The notes: generated from the sequence alone by a model not told the origin. Positions 52,698 to 61,776 are shown, numbered from the stretch's first letter. The stretch is DNA of 64,000 nucleotides from an uncultured virus (IMG/VR IMGVR_UViG_2540341072_000002) (IMGVR_UViG_2540341072_000002); one strand, 5' to 3'. A program made the numbers and translations.

Positions 52698-52892
52698 TCA
52701 ATATGTACTTACTTCTTTGCCCTTACTTTCTTCTTCTCTTAACATATCTTCAGCTATATACATCCCCTCGTAAGCATAATCAATTATTGAATGAAATTCT
52801 CCGATGACTCTTCGTAAATTTTCCTCTTCTTTGTATGCTTTTAATCGCAGAATCGTTTTCATTAATTTATCGAGCTTTTCATCAAGCAACAT
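52698..52892 (-). CDS. yopV: Hypothetical phage protein
   Basis: ORF track. Confidence 0.65.
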   Translation of the reverse strand: MLLDEKLDKLMKTILRLKAYKEEENLRRVIGEFHSIIDYAYEGMYIAEDMLREEESKGKEVSTY

Positions 52893-52911
52893 AGCTCTCT
52901 TTACCATCTCC

Positions 52912-52935
52912 TATATACATATTATTTGTATTTGA
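52912..52935. promoter_or_regulatory. SPbeta repeated element core
   Basis: TATATACATATTATTTGTATTTGA. Confidence 0.65.
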
Positions 52936-53003
52936 ATAAACTATAACCCATCATTTAATATCTGTCAATTAGATTCGGCCAATTTATGTGACCGAATCTA
53001 ATT

Positions 53004-53201
53004 TTAATCTGAGAACATAAAGATCAATTCATTGATGTCATCCCTAAGCTTAACGAGGCTTTGTGGTGTAACTGAAATTGTAATATCTAATTTCTCTCCC
53101 TTGAAACAAAGTAGGAATTGATAATGTTCTGAAGTCAGCAATTTTTTTGTAAGTTTCAGACTAACCTCTTTGTAATTATCTTGATCAACAAATATATTCA
53201 A
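53004..53201 (-). CDS. yopU: Hypothetical phage protein
   Basis: ORF track. Confidence 0.65.
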   Translation of the reverse strand: MNIFVDQDNYKEVSLKLTKKLLTSEHYQFLLCFKGEKLDITISVTPQSLVKLRDDINELIFMFSD

Positions 53202-53270
53202 AACAATACCTTCATTCTCCTCTTGCTGCTGATTACATTATGTTTAATGGAGTCTTTCTTTTTTTTATTT

Positions 53271-53489
53271 TTACTCAGGCAATTCTTCTGTATTTGTTAT
53301 TTCATATTCCATATCACTTAATTTAAAATTTTCAACTGATCCGTCAGCTTTTAAAAACGAGACTTCTTTAGATAAAAGTAAATTTTCACAAATCCTGGTT
53401 ACTAATGTTTCAGAGACTTCTGGACTATCTGCTTTGTTTTTGAGTACAATCTCCAGATTCAGTGCAATATTGTTTAAATAACCTGCCAT
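53271..53489 (-). CDS. yopT: Small phage protein
   Basis: ORF track, RBS. Confidence 0.7.
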   Translation of the reverse strand: MAGYLNNIALNLEIVLKNKADSPEVSETLVTRICENLLLSKEVSFLKADGSVENFKLSDMEYEITNTEELPE

Positions 53490-53540
53490 CCTCATTCTCC
53501 TATGTTCAATTTTCTGTGATAAACCCTTAAGGTGTTAAGG

Positions 53541-53552
53541 GAACGTGCGTTC
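53541..53552. promoter_or_regulatory. LexA (DinR) box between divergent yopT and yopS
   Basis: GAACgtgcGTTC. Confidence 0.7.
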
Positions 53553-53671
53553 TGTTTTGTATAATCATTATACATAGAAAGTAGGTGTTATGCTAGTGGT
53601 TATTTATCGGCTTCGTATGGTATGATATGTATTATGTCTTTCCATAACAGAACGCAGGAGGATGTCCGATT

Positions 53672-53896
53672 ATGATTAAAGTTGAGATCGGGCAATGCTT
53701 GATACCTGAATTATGTAGAAAGAAAGACATTACAATCAATGAACTTTCAGAGATAACTGGGATTAAGAAACAGCAGCTGAGCGACTATAATCGATTAGTT
53801 AAAGTAGATATGTCTATTCGAACTGCAAAAAGAATTGCTGCTGCTTTAGATTGTAATGTCGAAGACCTCTATGAATTCAAGGTTGAAAGGCATTGA
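53672..53896 (+). CDS. yopS: XRE-family HTH regulator
   Basis: HTH pattern, AGGAGG RBS. Confidence 0.85.
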   Translation: MIKVEIGQCLIPELCRKKDITINELSEITGIKKQQLSDYNRLVKVDMSIRTAKRIAAALDCNVEDLYEFKVERH

Positions 53897-54046
53897 AACG
53901 ACTAAGACTTTGGTCTTGGTCTCCTCCTTAGTAAACCATATGGTTTACATGACCATCTTACTACATTTAAACATGTATTTAAAGTGATTATTTTGTCTAT
54001 TTTTGTCGAAATGCGAATTTTTTCACAATTTTTTGAGATAAAAGAA

Positions 54047-54079
54047 AAATCCATTTAACCAAAATAGTCAAATGGATTT
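54047..54079. terminator. Hairpin downstream of yopR
   Basis: AAATCCATTT/AAATGGATTT stem. Confidence 0.6.
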
Positions 54080-54084
54080 CATAT

Positions 54085-55062
54085 TTAAATGGTCGTCTCT
54101 TTTAGACCTAGTTCTTCTGCGTAATATTTATTAACTTCTTCCTCATTAATATAATCTTGCATTGAATAAACTGCTCGATATTTGGATTTTACCCTTAAAT
54201 TAAAGTCATCTATAATCTGATACCTTACAGAGTTATCAATAACCCCTTTTTCTTTATAAAGCTGATATGCTCTATACAAATGACCAGATCTAACAATAGT
54301 ATTTGGTGTTAAAAAGTTAATTTTAAAGAACTCAGATATATCAGTAATTAGATTAGTTATGACAAATTTACTTGCTTGGCCGTCTCCTTTGTTGGACGTT
54401 CTTTTTGTTTTAACTACATAATCATTTTCAACTAAAAAGACTTCTTTTGTTTGGCCTTTTGCCTTCCCATTCTTTAATTTATATTTAGTTTCCTGAGCTG
54501 CATTTAAGGCAATAACAAGACATTCACTACTAACTTTTAGTTTTCGTTCACCGTGCTTTGAATCATAGAGGGTTAAAACGTTACCGTTAAGCATTGCATC
54601 CTCAACTTGCTTCTTCGTTAAACTTAGCAATTCAGAATGAGCTAAACCAGAAACTCCTTCAAAAAGTAGTCTTAACACAGCCTTAGATTGATAATTAACT
54701 AATTGATTTTCCATTTCCTCTAATTCACTATAAGTAATATATAATTTTTTGTCCCCGAGACATTCATAAAGCTCTTCTTCAGAAATAGTTCTTGCTAAAT
54801 TGGTTAATCCTTTACTTAACTTATATGAAATTGCCCAATCAATATACAATGACAATAATGCTAAGGTTCTTCGAACACTACCGATAGTGGTTTGATCGAA
54901 TGATCGTATAAGTTCTAAAATTTGCATTGATGTGAAATCATAAATGTCTTTATTATATAAAGTCTCAGTAATCTCTGCTTTTGCAAAAATAGGCCTCATC
55001 TGCATAACCATACCCTCAGATAAGGTATCTAAATATTTTTCCTTAATCTCACTATTGAACAT
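54085..55062 (-). CDS. yopR: Master repressor MrpR/SroF (catalytically degenerate tyrosine-recombinase fold)
   Basis: Integrase-like N-terminal domain, catalytic motifs eroded; Gly136 present (wild type, not the c2 allele). Confidence 0.85.
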   Translation of the reverse strand: MFNSEIKEKYLDTLSEGMVMQMRPIFAKAEITETLYNKDIYDFTSMQILELIRSFDQTTIGSVRRTLALLSLYIDWAISYKLSKGLTNLARTISEEELYECLGDKKLYITYSELEEMENQLVNYQSKAVLRLLFEGVSGLAHSELLSLTKKQVEDAMLNGNVLTLYDSKHGERKLKVSSECLVIALNAAQETKYKLKNGKAKGQTKEVFLVENDYVVKTKRTSNKGDGQASKFVITNLITDISEFFKINFLTPNTIVRSGHLYRAYQLYKEKGVIDNSVRYQIIDDFNLRVKSKYRAVYSMQDYINEEEVNKYYAEELGLKETTI

Positions 55063-55085
55063 TGCAACAAACAACTCCTAAGTAA

Positions 55086-56468
55086 TTACTCGTCTATTTT
55101 TAAATTATTGAAGAAATTCCATATCTTTTGTGGTGATTTAGCATTTCCATTCTTGTCTACTACACCTAATTCATCCCACAACTTATTTTTCTTACTAAAA
55201 TCTATAGAGCCTAAAACATCAGTAATCTTACTTTCCAACTCGTCTAGGCTTACCCCATCTAATTGCAATTTCTTAGCTAATCCCACATAACCATTAAAGA
55301 ACAAATAGTTGTTTACAAAACTTCTCTTCCGTTCTTTTGCTATATCACCTAAGAACTCATCTACATATTGTGTAGCTAAAGCATCAAAGAAAGATGTAAG
55401 GTATCTTGCAGTTTTTAAGATGTCTGCTTGAGTAGAAAAATCTTTTTTAGAATAGCTTCTTTCAATTGCCTTTTTGAAGTCAGAAAAAGTTATAAGTAAG
55501 TTTTGATTCTGATTTATCCAGTCTCCATTTGTCTTTATATAATCACCAATTATGCTATTGTCCTGAATAAACTTAACAATTTTATTTGAATAAACATTTT
55601 GACTCATCTCAGCCACTTTAGATTTTTTAACTGGGTTTATTGTGTTTTGTTGCCCAAAATGCTCTCTCGCCCTTTTTTGAGTGTAGTTATAGATGTCCAC
55701 TTTAAAGGTTTCTTCAAACAAATGATCTAACTCAGGATGTTGTCTTATAGCCATAGTAATGCCTATTAGCCGGTGATACCCGTCTAAAACGTCTAAAATG
55801 GTGTCTTCAGTCACTGTAAGAGACATAGTGTCGTCATCATATTTTAATTCTTCGCCACAACTTGCGCTTCCAACACGTGCATTAAACGTAAAAACTGATT
55901 TAATTAATTTCCCATCTAAGAACAGTTCCTTTATTTCTTCAACCGATTGTTTATTGAGCTGCGGTACAGGTATCTCAATATCTGAGCCCTCTAGTTTTTT
56001 CGTTTTGTTCGTTCTTTGAGCATTAGGATTATAGTGCAATAACTTATTTTCAAATAGCATAAACAACTCTTTAGCAGTGATGGGGAAGAAATAATTATCA
56101 TCCGAATACTTTACAACTTGTTTGAATGTATACGGAAATTTTATATCTTCCTCCACAGATCCTTCCCATAACGTTTCAATTTCTCTCATATCCGTTTCTG
56201 TGAAGTAATTTCGTGGATTAAACCTTTCACTTTCAAGAACTGAGTATAGGGACTTGGCTAAAAAGTACATATATTCTTTAGAAATTTCGACTTCTGGATT
56301 TTCTATATCATAAATTAATTTTTGTGTTGTCCCTGGAGTAATTTTATTTTTAGCCATCTCTAATTGAATATCGTTAATAAAAGATCTTATGTGTTTATTT
56401 TTCGAGATAGCATCTTTCATTTCTGAAAGCAGTTTCTCATTTGCAGACTGATCAAAGATCACTGTCAT
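55086..56468 (-). CDS. yopQ: DGQHR/DndB-like (ParB superfamily) protein, SroE
   Basis: YNPNAQR, VLDGYHRL, F.QQN motifs. Confidence 0.8.
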   Translation of the reverse strand: MTVIFDQSANEKLLSEMKDAISKNKHIRSFINDIQLEMAKNKITPGTTQKLIYDIENPEVEISKEYMYFLAKSLYSVLESERFNPRNYFTETDMREIETLWEGSVEEDIKFPYTFKQVVKYSDDNYFFPITAKELFMLFENKLLHYNPNAQRTNKTKKLEGSDIEIPVPQLNKQSVEEIKELFLDGKLIKSVFTFNARVGSASCGEELKYDDDTMSLTVTEDTILDVLDGYHRLIGITMAIRQHPELDHLFEETFKVDIYNYTQKRAREHFGQQNTINPVKKSKVAEMSQNVYSNKIVKFIQDNSIIGDYIKTNGDWINQNQNLLITFSDFKKAIERSYSKKDFSTQADILKTARYLTSFFDALATQYVDEFLGDIAKERKRSFVNNYLFFNGYVGLAKKLQLDGVSLDELESKITDVLGSIDFSKKNKLWDELGVVDKNGNAKSPQKIWNFFNNLKIDE

Positions 56469-56574
56469 ATAGCCTTTCACCTCATGTCATGTTGCTAAAT
56501 TTAAAGTTACCAAAGGCAATCTGGTTAATCAAGAAGAATTATCATTTGAACTGAGTAATATACCGAAAAAATGA

Positions 56575-57651
56575 TTATCGCTCATTTACATGCTTTATAA
56601 ACTTTTTTAATGTAACAAGATCAGCGTTTTCAAAAAAACTAATAAAATCCTCTTGGGTTGCTTCATATAGTGGATTTAAATCGATTTTTTCATCCATTGT
56701 TACACCAGCAGAGTTCGCTATGTTAATCTTTCTGCTCATATATCTCTCTGTTGTTAATGTGTTTTTATGATTTCCTTGTTCTTTTGCTGCAAGTAAATCG
56801 TGACCAGAATTCTCATAGACATAGTCAATTCCTACACCCTTAAATGAGTGTAAGACTAATTCTCTTTCAGGAGGTATTCCTAACCTTTTTTTCGACCTTT
56901 TTAAGGAGTGTCGTAAAGATTGTTCCGAAAGCCCCTGAAAAACCAATTCAGTTTCGCTGTCATCCTCTTCCTTCAGCTGCAACAATTCCTCATAAAATAC
57001 CTGGTTAATGCCTGTAGACACAACCTGAGATCCTTTATCAATAACTGTTACTATATAATGGCCTGTACTTTCATCAAGCTGTATGTCTTTCCATCTTACT
57101 CGCAAAATCGCACTTACACGAAAAGAAGTTCTGATGGCGAATTTAACAAACAGCTTTTTCATTAAAGGTTTCTGTCTTTCATTTATATACATATCCTGAG
57201 CGATTCTTTCGGCTTCTGTCTGGGTTGTTTTATCCCAGTTTTTAGTTACTGTTTTAAGCCTTTCGACAGTATTAAACACCGACAAGTCAATATAGTCCTT
57301 ATAATCATGCTCCAAATATGTATAGAGCATCTTCAAGGAGGTCATTTTTCTGTTAATACTATTATTAACTAATCCCTTTTCCTGAAGATACTTCACATAG
57401 TTGCTTAATTCGCTTTTACTTACAACTAAATCATCGGGAACTAAACTTTTGACATCTTTACCTTTAATCACACTAAAGAACTGCTTAATATCCCCTTCAT
57501 AATTCTTTCTGGTGTTCGACACCCTTCTAGTTGATGAAGGCATCATATAGTTAGAATTCCCTGAGCTACTTCTTATATCTTTATTGATTAAAAAGCCCTC
57601 GATATCATCGTAAACCGCATAATTTTTTAATTGTTTAATTTTATTTTGCAT
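56575..57651 (-). CDS. yopP: Tyrosine recombinase-family protein, SroD
   Basis: TSFRVSA, IDKG, LHSFK, GNH, TTERY. Confidence 0.85.
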   Translation of the reverse strand: MQNKIKQLKNYAVYDDIEGFLINKDIRSSSGNSNYMMPSSTRRVSNTRKNYEGDIKQFFSVIKGKDVKSLVPDDLVVSKSELSNYVKYLQEKGLVNNSINRKMTSLKMLYTYLEHDYKDYIDLSVFNTVERLKTVTKNWDKTTQTEAERIAQDMYINERQKPLMKKLFVKFAIRTSFRVSAILRVRWKDIQLDESTGHYIVTVIDKGSQVVSTGINQVFYEELLQLKEEDDSETELVFQGLSEQSLRHSLKRSKKRLGIPPERELVLHSFKGVGIDYVYENSGHDLLAAKEQGNHKNTLTTERYMSRKINIANSAGVTMDEKIDLNPLYEATQEDFISFFENADLVTLKKFIKHVNER

Positions 57652-57853
57652 TATCTTCTCCTCCTTTCTCATCTAATAACTCATCAATAGAGACATTCAA
57701 CACCAGAGCGATAAGCTTTATGGTTGTAACATCTGATTCATCTGGCATTTCAATGATTTTGTTTAATGTCTGCATATCAATCATTGTCTCCCTCGACAAT
57801 TCCTCTATTGTGATGCCACGTTTGACCATTAGCTGTTTTATTCGCTCTGACAT
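57641..57853 (-). CDS. yopO: XRE-family HTH protein, SroC
   Basis: HTH pattern. Confidence 0.82.
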   Translation of the reverse strand: MSERIKQLMVKRGITIEELSRETMIDMQTLNKIIEMPDESDVTTIKLIALVLNVSIDELLDEKGGEDNAK

Positions 57854-57900
57854 GTCAACCTCCTATTTTTATGTATACTATAGACTGCAGTGCGTATATG

Positions 57901-58221
57901 TTATGGTTGATAAATAAACTCTTCAAATTCAATTGCAATGTGTCGTTTTAAATTCTTCACAAAATGTATTAGGGATCTAAAATGCGGATTATTTTCAATG
58001 CTTCTTTTTAATCCATCTCCACCTAATAATACTCTATTTAGATCTTTTAATAATGCTGCTATCTCTATTTTTGCACCATGTAGATCATCTTCAGTTTTTG
58101 CATTAACAATCATTTTCCTAATGTTTAGTACACTCTCTATGTAAGTTTGTTTAGCATTTAATACAAAATCGGCATCAATATCTTTATGATTTGTAGACCT
58201 AAGTTCTACAACATGCATCAT
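57901..58221 (-). CDS. yopN: Lysogeny-promoting protein SroB
   Basis: Position downstream of the arbitrium locus; length. Confidence 0.7.
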
Positions 58222-58421
58222 TAATCCTCCTTGTATTCGCTTAGCAATTTCATGTATCCTTTAGTTAGTTGTTTTCGAACATTTTCATTCTTCATTATTT
58301 TTGACTTTTCAATGCTTTTTTCATGAAAAAACAAATCATTTTTAACTAAGCTTTCAACTTTCTTTTGGTAAATGGTTTTATGCATTGTCATACTGTTTTT
58401 TAAGTAACTAATTGCGGACAT
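58221..58421 (-). CDS. yopM: Small basic protein SroA
   Basis: AGGAGG RBS; first gene of the operon. Confidence 0.7.
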
Positions 58422-58434
58422 ACCACCAACCTCC

Positions 58435-58465
58435 TATATACATATTTTTTATCTTTTGCATCTAT
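58435..58465. promoter_or_regulatory. SPbeta repeated element core upstream of yopM
   Basis: TATATACATATTTTTTATCTTTTG. Confidence 0.6.
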
Positions 58466-58598
58466 AGCAATTGTAATGCATTACAAAAGGGAAGTAAAGA
58501 TTTTTTTAACGACAAATAGCACATTCTACGCAATTTTTTTGCGAATGTGCTGCTTTGTAATGCATTTCATTTAATTAGGGTGTATGTATTTGAAGTTG

Positions 58599-58635
58599 AT
58601 CACTAGATGTTATTAAAACCTAATATTTAAGTGAT
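58599..58635. promoter_or_regulatory. AimR operator
   Basis: ATCACT-N25-AGTGAT inverted repeat. Confidence 0.88.
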
Positions 58636-58650
58636 GGCCTTAAAACTACA

Positions 58651-58683
58651 AAAGACGCTTAGCTCAAAAGAGCCAAACGTCTT
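58651..58683 (-). terminator. Intrinsic terminator downstream of aimP
   Basis: AAGACG..GCTC/GAGC..CGTCTT stem with T tail on minus strand. Confidence 0.75.
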
Positions 58684-58712
58684 CCTTTTCTCTGTTTAAT
58701 TTAATTAAATAA

Positions 58713-58741
58713 ATAATAATACTAATAACTTTATGTGTCAA
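58713..58741 (-). promoter_or_regulatory. sigmaA-type promoter just after the aimP stop
   Basis: TTGACA-N17-TATTAT. Confidence 0.7.
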
Positions 58742-58747
58742 TGGATT

Positions 58748-58873
58748 TTATGCTCCACGTGGCATTCCAGCAACCTCATAATCACCTGAAGCTTGTTGGA
58801 TTGAAGAATCTGCACTTATGTAAGAAGTGCCTAGTGCGCCCAAGATAACTAAAGCCATAATAAGTTTTTTCAT
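58748..58873 (-). CDS. aimP: Arbitrium pre-pro-peptide (41 aa; mature GMPRGA)
   Basis: Read manually: MKKLIMALVILGALGTSYISADSSIQQASGDYEVAGMPRGA; AAAGGAGGTG RBS. Confidence 0.95.
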   Translation of the reverse strand: MKKLIMALVILGALGTSYISADSSIQQASGDYEVAGMPRGA

Positions 58874-58886
58874 TGTCTCACCTCCT

Positions 58887-60047
58887 TTAAAGTAAAAGTA
58901 ATTCTAAAAGTTTTTGATTTTCACCCATCTTTTGCAGTTCTAACAGTGGCAGCCTAATAAGGAATTTGTCATTAGACTTTTTAAAATACTCGATTGAAGA
59001 ATAGAAACATGCTTTATTTTGTTCGAGTCTTCCTTTCAAATAATAATGCATTGCAAGCTCATTATCGTTGTGAACTAAAAGATCTAGTTTATCCAAAACT
59101 TCTTTTGCTTTGGAATTTTCATTAAAGTTGATAAAACAATGAGCTTGCTCCTGCAAATCCATAATTGAATCAGATTCAAAATTAATCCACTTATTTTCTT
59201 TGCGCCATACATTATTTAAGAAGCACAAAGCCTGCTGGAAAATCATGTTGTAATTTTCATTTTGAACAGAAATGCTTAGCCCTTTTAAAAAGTTTTCTTG
59301 AGCCAATTCATAATTCGAAAATAATAGAGAGTTGCCAATAGTTAAGTAGCTGAAAACCTGAAATCTCAGGATATTTGTACTTTCCAATGCCTTTTTAGAG
59401 TACTCTCTGCACTCCTCTAATGAATTTTCATTTAACTTTATATTAGACATTAGAACATGAACTCTTGTTTGATATGTATTTCTAATGTACATGTTCTCAG
59501 AAATCTCACTTAGGTCAATTTGTTTTATAAGTTGGGCCATCGGAGAAAAGTTACCAGTGCTTAAATAATGATAAAGCAGCAAGAGTCTTGAGAAAGAATT
59601 CATTTCAGGTGTTTTTATATTTAATTTGCCGAGTCTTTTCACTGCCTCAAATTCAGTAATAACACTGTTAGACAGTTCTCTATGTATTTTATACACTTTT
59701 CCATATTCTTTACTTTTCATATTGCTGCAAGAAATCATTGAATCTATTAAAACATCTTCTATTTCAAAAAACATATTTGCATCAGCATACTCCAATGCAC
59801 TTCTTGCTGCCTTTGTCTTAACATCTAGGTTTAAACAGTAATCTTTCATTAATTCATATTCACGGTCTGGATACTGACTCTTAACAATGTTGACTATTGA
59901 AGAAAATTCATTAAATGTTTTCCCATCATGGTTTAAGAAGTCATAAAGAGGATTGGGGTTTTTAAGGCCAGCTACTGTTGCCCATTTATTCATTAAAGAG
60001 TTGTCATTTTCCAAGTCTTTCTTCATAGCTATCCTTATTAACTCCAT
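58887..60047 (-). CDS. aimR: Arbitrium peptide receptor (RRNPP family, HTH plus TPR)
   Basis: 386-aa helical-repeat protein directly upstream of a secreted peptide gene. Confidence 0.93.
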   Translation of the reverse strand: MELIRIAMKKDLENDNSLMNKWATVAGLKNPNPLYDFLNHDGKTFNEFSSIVNIVKSQYPDREYELMKDYCLNLDVKTKAARSALEYADANMFFEIEDVLIDSMISCSNMKSKEYGKVYKIHRELSNSVITEFEAVKRLGKLNIKTPEMNSFSRLLLLYHYLSTGNFSPMAQLIKQIDLSEISENMYIRNTYQTRVHVLMSNIKLNENSLEECREYSKKALESTNILRFQVFSYLTIGNSLLFSNYELAQENFLKGLSISVQNENYNMIFQQALCFLNNVWRKENKWINFESDSIMDLQEQAHCFINFNENSKAKEVLDKLDLLVHNDNELAMHYYLKGRLEQNKACFYSSIEYFKKSNDKFLIRLPLLELQKMGENQKLLELLLL

Positions 60048-60090
60048 TATTTCCCCTCATTTCTTTTTGTTGTCTTTATTGGTTAACTTA

Positions 60091-60147
60091 ATAATACTAT
60101 AGATCACATTACGAGTCAATTATTTTATACATATTTTTTGTATTTGT
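60091..60147 (-). promoter_or_regulatory. aimR promoter with adjacent repeated-element core
   Basis: TTGACT-N17-TATTAT (60119-60091); TATACATATTTTTTGTATTTG at 60126-60146. Confidence 0.7.
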
Positions 60148-60176
60148 AATCTCTTTAAAATTCCAATTTTAACTAG

Positions 60177-60205
60177 ACACAATGAGGACTAAACCTCATT
60201 GTGTT
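60177..60205. terminator. Hairpin downstream of yopJ
   Basis: ACACAATGAGG/CCTCATTGTGT stem. Confidence 0.65.
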
Positions 60206-60223
60206 CTTCTAAAGCAAAAGGTC

Positions 60224-60640
60224 CTACTTAAGGCTATAATACACCTCTTCCGCAATATCCTTTGCAAACCTAGCGAAAATTTCTCTATCAAAACTTCTTA
60301 AGCATTTAGCTAAGGACAGGATATTCTGCACATGGTCAAGTGTATTAGTCAAATCTAATGCCGTTACCAAAGAAAGCAACATGTCTTTGTAGTTCATATC
60401 TCCGGCAACGCCTTTATAAACCACATGTTGCCGTTCATCGAAAACTGGGGCATTCTCAGATAGGTGTATATCAAATTTCGCAGCGATATCCTCCCGCTCT
60501 ATAGATATCAACTCTTTAATTAACTCTACTAATTGCTGTTCACTCAAATTAGAATAACTTGCTCTCAATAAATTAAAGGAATCAACACCTATTTCACCAT
60601 GGAGGTCTTCCCATCTAAAATATAAAAATGTGTTTTTCAT
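60224..60640 (-). CDS. yopJ: Hypothetical protein
   Basis: ORF track. Confidence 0.7.
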   Translation of the reverse strand: MKNTFLYFRWEDLHGEIGVDSFNLLRASYSNLSEQQLVELIKELISIEREDIAAKFDIHLSENAPVFDERQHVVYKGVAGDMNYKDMLLSLVTALDLTNTLDHVQNILSLAKCLRSFDREIFARFAKDIAEEVYYSLK

Positions 60641-60641
60641 T

Positions 60642-61175
60642 TTAAAACTCCCCTAAGAATACTTTGTACATTTTCCCGTTATGATCTTTTGCCTCAAGAT
60701 AAACCCTATTGCATTTTTTCACTTGTTTAGTTTCCTTTTCGTTTAAAAATTTTATTATATTAATAGCGATGATTTGCTTAGAAGGCAAATTAATATTAAA
60801 TAACTTATCCCTGTAATAGCCAAACTCAGCAAACTCTTCAGTTGTTGCTTTATCATCAGGGGTAACAGAAACAATTAAATTTGTGTTTTTGTAAAAGCAA
60901 AATTTAATTTCCCGTAGAACCTTGGGGATCTCAGCGCCATTGTATATTTCAATCTGGGAGTGTATTTCTATTTGCTTTGCTTCATCTTTAGATGGCATAA
61001 CATTAGTTCCCCAACCATCATTATCGGTTTTAAAATATATTTCAAAGTCAACTATATAAAATTTAATTTGCCCAAAGTGCTTTAATATGTGAGTAAGAAT
61101 TAAAGTGACTATAACTCCCAATAAAGCCCCAATGATACCTTCAAAATTAGAAATTATTTCTCCTATATTATTCAA
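60642..61175 (-). CDS. yopI: Membrane-anchored hypothetical protein
   Basis: N-terminal TM segment. Confidence 0.7.
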   Translation of the reverse strand: MNNIGEIISNFEGIIGALLGVIVTLILTHILKHFGQIKFYIVDFEIYFKTDNDGWGTNVMPSKDEAKQIEIHSQIEIYNGAEIPKVLREIKFCFYKNTNLIVSVTPDDKATTEEFAEFGYYRDKLFNINLPSKQIIAINIIKFLNEKETKQVKKCNRVYLEAKDHNGKMYKVFLGEF

Positions 61176-61201
61176 ATTTGAATATTTCCTTTCTGTATGT
61201 C

Positions 61202-61738
61202 TTATAAGATGTGATCTATTGACTCATGTAATAAATGCTTGTTTTTTGTTAAATATCCCCTCGCCCAAGGCTGTATGTTGTATGCAAAATAAGAACCACG
61301 ATTACTAATATTAGAACTTCTATAAATAATCTTTAAATGTTCTAATTCCTGAGCTGTCCCATCAGTTATACTTAATTCCACAGACCGAACATCGTCAAAG
61401 ATGTAGGGGCTTAATATTTGTTTTTCCCTCCTATTAAGATTTCGGAGTCTTTCTTTTTGCAGTTTATAACTGTATTTTTGGTCAATTTTATTTTTTATCC
61501 CCAAACTTATCCACCAAATAAAGTGAGATAAAATGAAACTGGTTGATGCTAAGAAAACAAGCCCTAGGTAAAGTTTATAGCTATTTATAGCATCTTTTAT
61601 ACCAAGTGTTTTTCCTAATCCAACATTCCCTAACCAAAGCCCAATTCCAGAAAAAACTGCTAGTCCCAATAAATATTTAGGGCTCAGCTTAATAATGTCA
61701 CCTACCCATGAAGGACTTTTTTCATTTTGGTCACTCAT
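61202..61738 (-). CDS. yopH: Superinfection-exclusion B (SieB)-like membrane protein
   Basis: 2 TM followed by L.NL...EK.IL...L...II. Confidence 0.6.
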
Positions 61739-61776
61739 ATAATCAACCACCTCATATTTATAGAATAGTGAAGATG

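Larger units (their letters stand above)
58490..58720 (-). ncRNA. aimX: aimX region (non-coding, AimR-controlled; limits uncertain)
   Basis: Lies between aimP and yopM with promoter, terminator, operator and hairpin; no clear ORF. Confidence 0.4.

Noticed and set aside
54085..57651. YopR or YopP as the prophage integrase
   Set aside because: They lie over 50 kb from attL, YopR lacks catalytic motifs, and SPbeta integration is known to use the serine recombinase SprA with SprB.
60623..60638. TAAAA-N6-TTTTC match (a similar one lies near 63812)
   Set aside because: Within coding sequence and mismatched; treated as background.
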